Shown here: positions 57,770-64,000 of the stretch, one piece after another
Numbering within the stretch: the stretch's first letter is position 1
Layout: every line of letters begins with the position of its first letter
DNA from: Rhodopirellula sp. JB044
Lineage (GTDB): Bacteria; Planctomycetota; Planctomycetia; Pirellulales; Pirellulaceae
Length of the DNA: 64,000 nucleotides
Direction: 5' to 3' (one strand)
Assembly: GCF_043101355.1 (NCBI RefSeq)
Contig: NZ_JBICHZ010000005.1
Notes under the pieces: generated by a model
Database searches by the model: none
Told to the model about the DNA's origin: nothing
What the model saw: the letters and a program-made list of their open reading frames with translations, nothing else
Translations under genes and position numbers: made by a program

Positions 57770-60256
57770 ATGTACAACACGCTTGAACGCGTACGCAGAG
57801 CATGCTTCGTCAAATACAACGCCGCGTTGGCACTATCCACCTTGCTGTCCCTCACTGCATTTAACTTGGCGAACGCGGAGGGAACCGCGGAGATCCAAAT
57901 CTTCTGCGATCAACCTACCGTCGACCTCAGCCCTCATTTGTATGGCCTGTTTTTTGAAGACATCAACTATGCGGCCGATGGTGGATTGTATGCAGAGTTA
58001 GTGCAAAACCGCTCATTCGAATACTATTCGCTTACAAAAAATCGTCGCGGACAAGGACTCCATCCTCTCTACGCTTGGAACATGATCCAACGACGCGGCG
58101 GTCAGGTGGAAACCCGAGTTACCGACGCCGAACCACTCAACCCAAACAATCGCAATTATGCCGAACTGCAAATCACAAAGAGCGGTGAAGTTGGTGTGGG
58201 TAATAAGGGCTACGACGGAATCCATTTAGATCAAAACGCCCGCTACAACGTGTCACTCTACGCGCGTGCGAAGTCCTGGTCCGGTGACTCGTCGCTAACG
58301 ATCAGGCTTGAAGCCGAAGATGGTTCAGACTGCGGGAGCGTTTGCCTGCAAGGTCTTGATGGCGATTGGAAAAAGCTGGAAGGCGTCATCACCGCGAACA
58401 AATCGACCGACGAAGCCTCCCTACTTGTCATCACCGAAGGTGAAGGCACGCTGCACTTGGACATGGTCTCGCTGTTCCCGCAGGATACCTACAACGGGCA
58501 CAAGAATGGATTGCGGAAAGATCTGGTGCAGGCGCTGAAAGATTTGAATCCAAAGTTCCTGCGGTTTCCCGGTGGTTGTATCGTGCACGGCCATGGATTG
58601 GACAACATCTATCGTTGGAAAGACAGCGTTGGTGACGTCGCTCAGCGGAAACCGAACTGGAATCTGTGGGGCTATCACCAAACCTATGGTCTGGGTTACT
58701 TCGAGTACTTTCAACTTTGCGAAGATTTAAAGATGGAACCACTGCCGGTGGTGCCGATCGGCGTGGGTTGTGGGTTCCGATGTAAAGAATTTGTTCCAAT
58801 TGACGAGTTGGGACCGCACATCCAAGATGCGATCGACCTGATCGAATTTGCCAATGGCCCGGTGACGAGCACATGGGGCAAGGTGCGTGCGGACATGGGG
58901 CATCCTGAACCATTCGACCTCAAGTATATTTGCCTGGGCAACGAAGAGCATGACACGCCTGACATGCGTCAGCGTTTCCCCTTGTTTTCCCAAGCAGTGC
59001 GAGAGGCTTATCCCGACATCAAAATCATTGGTACGTCCGGGCTCAGTCCATCGATTCCGATCTACGATCTGATGGCACGCGATAAGGTCTACAGCTCGGA
59101 CGAGCATTATTACATGTCACCCGCATGGTTTTTAGCAAATCAAGATCGCTTTGATGACTTTGACCGCGACAAACCGCTCATCTTTGTCGGCGAATACGCG
59201 GCCCACGATACGGATCGCAAAAACACACTCTATTCTGCGTTGTCCGAGGCGGCTTTCCTGAATGGGATTGAACGCAATGCTGACATCGTCGACATGACTT
59301 GCTACGCACCGTTGTTCGGTCACAAGAACCACTCTCAGTGGAATCCTGATCTCATTTACTTCGACAAACGTAATGTGATCCGCACGACCAATTACTACGT
59401 GCAGCAGATGTACGGACAGAACAAGGGCGATGTCTATCTTCGCAACAGTGTGGAGATGAAGGCATCGGATGCTCCCTCGACGGTATCTGGTCACATTGGG
59501 ATAGGCACTTGGAACACGACGATTGAGGTGGACAAAGTCTCGGTGAATGGTCGGCAATTGGCACCCTCTAAGTGGCGGGTATCCAGCGGCGACTATTCCA
59601 TGAAAGAAGGTCAATACGTTCAATCAGACGGACGAGCAACCCCAGCGATGAGCATTAGCCGCGAGGCGTTTGACGCGGAAACGGTGACCATCGAAATACG
59701 AGCTCGCAAGACAAGCGGGGCGGAAGGTTTTCTAATCCGATTCGGAGCGGATGAGAAAGGGGAGGGTGGTTATTGGTGGAATGTCGCGGGATGGAACAAC
59801 AGTCGTCACGGTATCGAAAATTTCTCCGGTGGCAGCGAGACGGTTCAAAGTGTCAATGGATCAATTGATGCAAACCGTTGGTACGACACGAAAGTGGAAC
59901 TCACCCCCGGTAGGATTCGCTGTTATCTCGATGGTCAGCTCATTCAAGACTACACCATCGAACAAGCCTCGCTGAGCCTGTCCTCGACGTTCGATCGCGA
60001 GTCTCGCGACGTGATACTGAAGCTCGTTAATCCGACTTCCGAGCCGATTCAGGCGCAAATCAACCTTGCCGGTACCAGTAGCGTTGCGTCCGAAGCGAGC
60101 CTCATTTCGCTCTCCGGTGCGAAGGACGCCACCAACACGTTTGAACATCCGAACAAGGTTGTTCCTGAGAAAAGCACCATTTCGGCTGGTGACGAGTTTA
60201 TCCATACGGTTCCGGCGTTTGCAGTGGAGATTATCCGCGTGAAGGTGAAGCGGTAA
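57770..60256 (+). CDS. GH51 alpha-L-arabinofuranosidase with CBM4/9-like N-terminal module and inserted beta-sandwich
   Basis: LYGLFFEDIN.AADGGLYAELVQNRSFE; FLRFPGGC; GLGYFEYFQ.CED; LGNEE; DEHYY; FVGEYA; AFLNGIERNADIV.M.CYAPL; W.PDLI.FD. Likely start at 57770. Confidence 0.93.
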   Translation: MYNTLERVRRACFVKYNAALALSTLLSLTAFNLANAEGTAEIQIFCDQPTVDLSPHLYGLFFEDINYAADGGLYAELVQNRSFEYYSLTKNRRGQGLHPLYAWNMIQRRGGQVETRVTDAEPLNPNNRNYAELQITKSGEVGVGNKGYDGIHLDQNARYNVSLYARAKSWSGDSSLTIRLEAEDGSDCGSVCLQGLDGDWKKLEGVITANKSTDEASLLVITEGEGTLHLDMVSLFPQDTYNGHKNGLRKDLVQALKDLNPKFLRFPGGCIVHGHGLDNIYRWKDSVGDVAQRKPNWNLWGYHQTYGLGYFEYFQLCEDLKMEPLPVVPIGVGCGFRCKEFVPIDELGPHIQDAIDLIEFANGPVTSTWGKVRADMGHPEPFDLKYICLGNEEHDTPDMRQRFPLFSQAVREAYPDIKIIGTSGLSPSIPIYDLMARDKVYSSDEHYYMSPAWFLANQDRFDDFDRDKPLIFVGEYAAHDTDRKNTLYSALSEAAFLNGIERNADIVDMTCYAPLFGHKNHSQWNPDLIYFDKRNVIRTTNYYVQQMYGQNKGDVYLRNSVEMKASDAPSTVSGHIGIGTWNTTIEVDKVSVNGRQLAPSKWRVSSGDYSMKEGQYVQSDGRATPAMSISREAFDAETVTIEIRARKTSGAEGFLIRFGADEKGEGGYWWNVAGWNNSRHGIENFSGGSETVQSVNGSIDANRWYDTKVELTPGRIRCYLDGQLIQDYTIEQASLSLSSTFDRESRDVILKLVNPTSEPIQAQINLAGTSSVASEASLISLSGAKDATNTFEHPNKVVPEKSTISAGDEFIHTVPAFAVEIIRVKVKR

Positions 60257-60427
60257 GGATGCTACCCCGCTTTCATGCGTTTTGATCGCTCAACTCACGT
60301 GCGATGGGCAGACGTACATTTCTATAGAAAAGGCCCTTGTCATGGAATCGACGGACGACGACGTGCATCTTACATGTTGTTGTGAATTCGATGGACGAGG
60401 TTGTTCACCGTACGCTGGCAAACCAAT

Positions 60428-62233
60428 ATGAAAAATTCGTTAGTTACTTTCACTTGTTACTTGCTGTTGGCCTGCTTGGGCGTTTCGCAGACTCAGGCTC
60501 AATCAGCACCGCCGCATTGGAAACTTGCACCGACACCGCCGATGGGCTGGAACAGCTGGGATACCTTTGGCACCTCCATTACCGAGAAGCAAGCCAGGTC
60601 ACAGGCGGATGCGATGGCCAAGCATTTGCTGCCGTCTGGCTATGACATCTTCACCGTCGATATTCAGTGGTATCAACCCACCGCTAAAACCCACCACTAC
60701 GACGCGGACGCCATCTACAGCCTGAGCATGGATGAGTACGGCCGATTGACTCCTGCTGTCAATCGTTTTCCCTCCGCGGCAGGTGACGCTGGGTTTAAGC
60801 CCTTAGCCGATTACGTGCATTCGAAAGGGTTGCGATTTGGTATCCACATCATGCGAGGTATTCCCAAGCAAGCTGTCAAGGATAACACGCCGGTGCTGGG
60901 TACGGACGTTCGCGCCAAGGACGTGGCCATCACCAGCTCGACGTGCCCGTGGAATCCTGACATGTACGGCGTCGATGCCTCCAATCCCAGCGGACAGGCA
61001 TATTACGATTCGATCGTCCAGCTATATGCCTCTTGGGGAGTGGACTACATCAAGTGCGATGACATTTCCCGGCCCTACGACGATGTGCAAAAGGCGGAGA
61101 TCGAAGCTCTGCGCAAAGCCATCGACAAGACGGAACGTCCGATTCTGCTGAGTCTTTCCCCCGGTGCCACACCACTTTCGGCCGGCGAGCACGTGATGAA
61201 CCATGCCAACCTGTGGCGGATCACTGACGACTTTTGGGACCGCTGGGGATTGCTGCGAGAAATGTTCGAACGGGTGCACGCATGGGAACCGTTTCGTCGT
61301 CCCGGGGCTTGGCCAGACGCCGACATGATCCCGATTGGTATTGTGGACTTTGGTCGTCCGACCAAGTTCACACCTGACGAACAAACCACACTGATGAGTT
61401 TGTGGAGCATCGCCCGCTCTCCCCTAATCTTTGGCGGGGACATGACCAAGCTGGATGATTTCACGCTCAGCATGTTGACCAACCCCGAAGTGCTGGCTGT
61501 GAACCAAAGCAGCACCAACAACCGGCAAGTATCCCGGAAGGATAATCTGATCGTTTGGGCGGCCGACGTGCCCGACAGCTCTGATCGCTACGTTGCCTTG
61601 TTCAATGCTCAAAGCAACGATGATAACTTGGATTTCGCATCCGCGGATTACGCCAGCCCGGTGATTGCCGGTGCAGGCAACTCCCAGGAGATCAGCCTTT
61701 CAATCAAAGGTGGCAAGAAACTAGTGTTGTTTGTGAAAGATGGTGGCAACGGTTTCGAGTACGATCACGCGGTTTGGATGGCCCCGGTCCTACGGGGCCC
61801 CGCAGGCGAGCTCAGTCTGACGGAACTTCGCTGGACCCATGCGGATTCCGGCTGGGGGGCACCACGCGTCAACCGCACCTGTGAAGACCAGCCGCTAGTC
61901 GTCCATGGCAAGTCGGTGACGGGAATTGGAACGCACTCCGATTCGACGATTCTTTACGAGTTGCCTGCAGGTTATGAAACGTTCACAACGACGGGCGTGA
62001 TGACCAACAAAGGTTCTGTCGTATTCGGTGTCTTGGTCGACCGTGGTGAGAAAGAGGCTTCCGACCGCAGTAAAGTTCAGATTGACTTGGATCAACTCGG
62101 AATCAGCGGCAAAGTGAAAGTCCGTGACCTTTGGGCACGCAGAGACATCGGTACCTTTGAAGATGGTTTTGTGCAGAGCTTGCCACCGCACGGTGCTGGA
62201 CTCTTTCGACTTTCGCCATTAGCAGATGATTGA
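60428..62233 (+). CDS. GH27 enzyme, probably beta-L-arabinopyranosidase, with NPCBM/NEW2 insertion
   Basis: TPPMGWNSWD; VDIQWY; YIKCDD; WRITDDFWD; WPDADMIP; SPLIFGGD; NPCBM motifs DHAVW, SGWG and GIGTH. Start ATG at 60428. Confidence 0.88.
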   Translation: MKNSLVTFTCYLLLACLGVSQTQAQSAPPHWKLAPTPPMGWNSWDTFGTSITEKQARSQADAMAKHLLPSGYDIFTVDIQWYQPTAKTHHYDADAIYSLSMDEYGRLTPAVNRFPSAAGDAGFKPLADYVHSKGLRFGIHIMRGIPKQAVKDNTPVLGTDVRAKDVAITSSTCPWNPDMYGVDASNPSGQAYYDSIVQLYASWGVDYIKCDDISRPYDDVQKAEIEALRKAIDKTERPILLSLSPGATPLSAGEHVMNHANLWRITDDFWDRWGLLREMFERVHAWEPFRRPGAWPDADMIPIGIVDFGRPTKFTPDEQTTLMSLWSIARSPLIFGGDMTKLDDFTLSMLTNPEVLAVNQSSTNNRQVSRKDNLIVWAADVPDSSDRYVALFNAQSNDDNLDFASADYASPVIAGAGNSQEISLSIKGGKKLVLFVKDGGNGFEYDHAVWMAPVLRGPAGELSLTELRWTHADSGWGAPRVNRTCEDQPLVVHGKSVTGIGTHSDSTILYELPAGYETFTTTGVMTNKGSVVFGVLVDRGEKEASDRSKVQIDLDQLGISGKVKVRDLWARRDIGTFEDGFVQSLPPHGAGLFRLSPLADD

Positions 62234-62275
62234 GTGATACTGAACACAACACGAACCGCCAGGACAAAATTTGAG

Positions 62276-64000
62276 ATGACGAAACGGATGATTCGCGTGA
62301 TGCTTGCAAGCGTTTGCTTGCTGGCGCCGTTTCAAGTTGCTAGCGGACAAAGCGTTGCTCCCGAGCAACCAGCTGAACTGTTTTCGCTCTCGTCGGTGCG
62401 GTTGTTGGATGACAGCCTGCTCAGTACAGCCGTGGAAGCCAACCGAGATTATTTGCTCGACCTCGAACTGGATCGTTTGTTGGCTCCGTTTCTCCGCGAA
62501 GCGGGACTCAAGCCGAAAGCTGAGTCGTATGGCAATTGGGAAAACAGCGGTCTGGATGGGCACACCGGCGGGCACTACCTATCGGCACTGTCGTTGATGA
62601 TCGCTGCCGGCGGGGATACCAACGACGGTGAACTCAATCGACGACTGGACTACATGCTCGATGAATTGGGACGTTGCCAGCATGCCTATGGCGACGGCTA
62701 TATCGGCGGGGTTCCGGGAAGCCGGGAACTGTGGGAAAAGGTGGCGAGCGGTGATACCGGCGCGGTCTGGAAGAGATGGGTGCCCTGGTACAACGTGCAC
62801 AAAACGTTTGCGGGTTTGCGAGATGCGTATCTTGTGGCGAACAAGCAACAGGCACGCGAGCTACTCACCGGACTTGGTGACTGGTGTATCCAAATCACCA
62901 GCCAGCTTTCCGACGCACAAATGCAGAGCATGCTCAACAACGAGTATGGCGGTATGAATGAAGTGATGGCTGATATCTTTGCCATCACCGGTGATATCAA
63001 ATATTTGAAGGCCGCTCGAAGATGGAATCACCGTTCGCTTTTTGATCCGCTGGTAGCGCACCAAGACCGTCTGACTGGAATGCATGCCAACACCCAGATT
63101 CCCAAAATTATCGGAATGGAGAGGATCGCGGCATTGACGGAAGACACGAGTGAACATTCCGGTGCCAAGTTTTTTTGGAAGACGGTTTCAGAGAATCGCT
63201 GTGTTGCATTTGGTGGCAACAGCGTGCGAGAACATTTTCATGCTCCAGATAACTTCCTCGAGATGCTGAAGGATAGGGAGGGCCCCGAAACCTGCAACAC
63301 CTACAACATGCTGCGTCTGACGGAGCAACTTTTTGCAGCGGAACCCAACGCAGCGTACGCCGACTTCTATGAGCGGGCGTTCTACAACCACATTCTTTCC
63401 GCGATCAACGTGGAGCGTCCCGGATACGTCTACTTCACACCCATTCGGCCAAAACATTACCGCGTTTACTCTCAACCCGAAAACTGCTTTTGGTGCTGTG
63501 TCGGCACGGGAATGGAAAACCCCGGTCGCTATGGCCAATTCATATACGCCAAGGCAAAGGATGGCGTCTACGTGAACCTGTTCGTCGCCTCGGAATTGAC
63601 GACCGATGCCGGGATGGTTATTCGCCAAGAAACTGCCTTTCCGTACGAATCCAAAACACTGCTTGAGATCAAAAGGAGCAATCCGGAGACGTTCACGCTC
63701 TACCTCCGACATCCTCAGTGGGTGGGTGAGGGCCAATTGCAGGTGAAGATCAACGACGAAGTAGTCGCTACACAGTCCTCACCTTCGTCGTACGCCCAGA
63801 TCACACGTCAGTGGAAATCGGGGGATGTCGTTGAAGTCGAATTGCCGATGCACACACGTGTCGAACGCTTGCCGGACGGTTCCGATTGGGTGGCAATCTT
63901 GCACGGTCCGATCGTGCTGGCTGCCCCGGCGGGAACCAACGATTTGCCCGGACTGTTCGCCGATGGAGCCCGGATGGGGCATGTGGCTTACGGGCCGAGG
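62276..64000 (+). CDS. GH127/GH146 (DUF1680) beta-L-arabinofuranosidase; 3'-truncated, absent from the ORF track
   Basis: Translated by hand from the ATG at 62276: MTKRMIRVMLASVCLLAPFQVASG...YGNWENSGLDGHTGGHYLSALS...EYGGMNEV...HANTQIPK...GGNSVREHF...ETCNTYNML...FWCCVGTGMEN...DGARMGHVAYGPR. Still in frame at base 64000. Confidence 0.9.
   Translation, partial: MTKRMIRVMLASVCLLAPFQVASGQSVAPEQPAELFSLSSVRLLDDSLLSTAVEANRDYLLDLELDRLLAPFLREAGLKPKAESYGNWENSGLDGHTGGHYLSALSLMIAAGGDTNDGELNRRLDYMLDELGRCQHAYGDGYIGGVPGSRELWEKVASGDTGAVWKRWVPWYNVHKTFAGLRDAYLVANKQQARELLTGLGDWCIQITSQLSDAQMQSMLNNEYGGMNEVMADIFAITGDIKYLKAARRWNHRSLFDPLVAHQDRLTGMHANTQIPKIIGMERIAALTEDTSEHSGAKFFWKTVSENRCVAFGGNSVREHFHAPDNFLEMLKDREGPETCNTYNMLRLTEQLFAAEPNAAYADFYERAFYNHILSAINVERPGYVYFTPIRPKHYRVYSQPENCFWCCVGTGMENPGRYGQFIYAKAKDGVYVNLFVASELTTDAGMVIRQETAFPYESKTLLEIKRSNPETFTLYLRHPQWVGEGQLQVKINDEVVATQSSPSSYAQITRQWKSGDVVEVELPMHTRVERLPDGSDWVAILHGPIVLAAPAGTNDLPGLFADGARMGHVAYGPR

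Noticed and set aside
62219-63736. Short track ORFs in the last 1.8 kb
   Set aside because: All are out-of-frame or antisense to the GH127/146 gene that runs off the window.
1-64000. IS elements, prophage, rRNA/tRNA, CRISPR-Cas, defence systems
   Set aside because: No transposase, integrase, phage structural or cas ORFs, no regular repeat-spacer array, and no recognisable tRNA or rRNA signatures on reading.

Overview
High-GC (roughly 55-58%) planctomycete DNA, most likely Pirellulaceae (Rhodopirellula/Stieleria-like). Evidence is the DUF1559 pilin-like genes, the DUF1501/DUF1549/DUF1553 module, a LEPR-XLL protein and planctomycete-type ECF sigma factors. I found no rRNA, tRNA, CRISPR array or transposase. 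Layout: (1) 1-6.1 kb: truncated cupin-AraC regulator, then an ECF sigma / Ser-Thr kinase-TPR / LEPR-XLL unit. (2) 6.2-17.6 kb: ECF sigma + FecR/LamG anti-sigma heading a DUF1501 - PPC - DUF1549/1553 - cytochrome c/WD40 - amidohydrolase cluster. (3) 17.8-26.1 kb and 44.2-49.3 kb: two copies of a module made of DUF1559, a small lipoprotein and a TPR/FG-GAP/ASPIC-UnbV (CRTAC1-like) lipoprotein. (4) 26.2-44 kb: pectin/RG-I type enzymes (GH105, SGNH esterase, PL11, secreted GalM, GH43) plus two tandem ~1300-1440 aa paralogous secreted proteins of unknown function. (5) 49.4-64 kb: an XylR-type regulator, araD-SSS-araB-araA, GH16, GH51, GH27 and a GH127/146 gene that runs off the window and is missing from the ORF track. 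Main new observation: a 28-bp element with two half-sites 21 bp apart lies upstream of galM-GH43, a DUF1559 gene, the ara operon and GH51-GH27-GH146. The DUF1559 and araD copies match at 25/28 positions. This suggests a DUF1559 pilin-like protein belongs to an arabinose-glycan regulon and may be part of a planctomycete substitute for SusC/SusD. The tandem giant proteins are candidates for an unclassified polysaccharide-active family. All functional calls come from reading motifs by eye, not from database searches.
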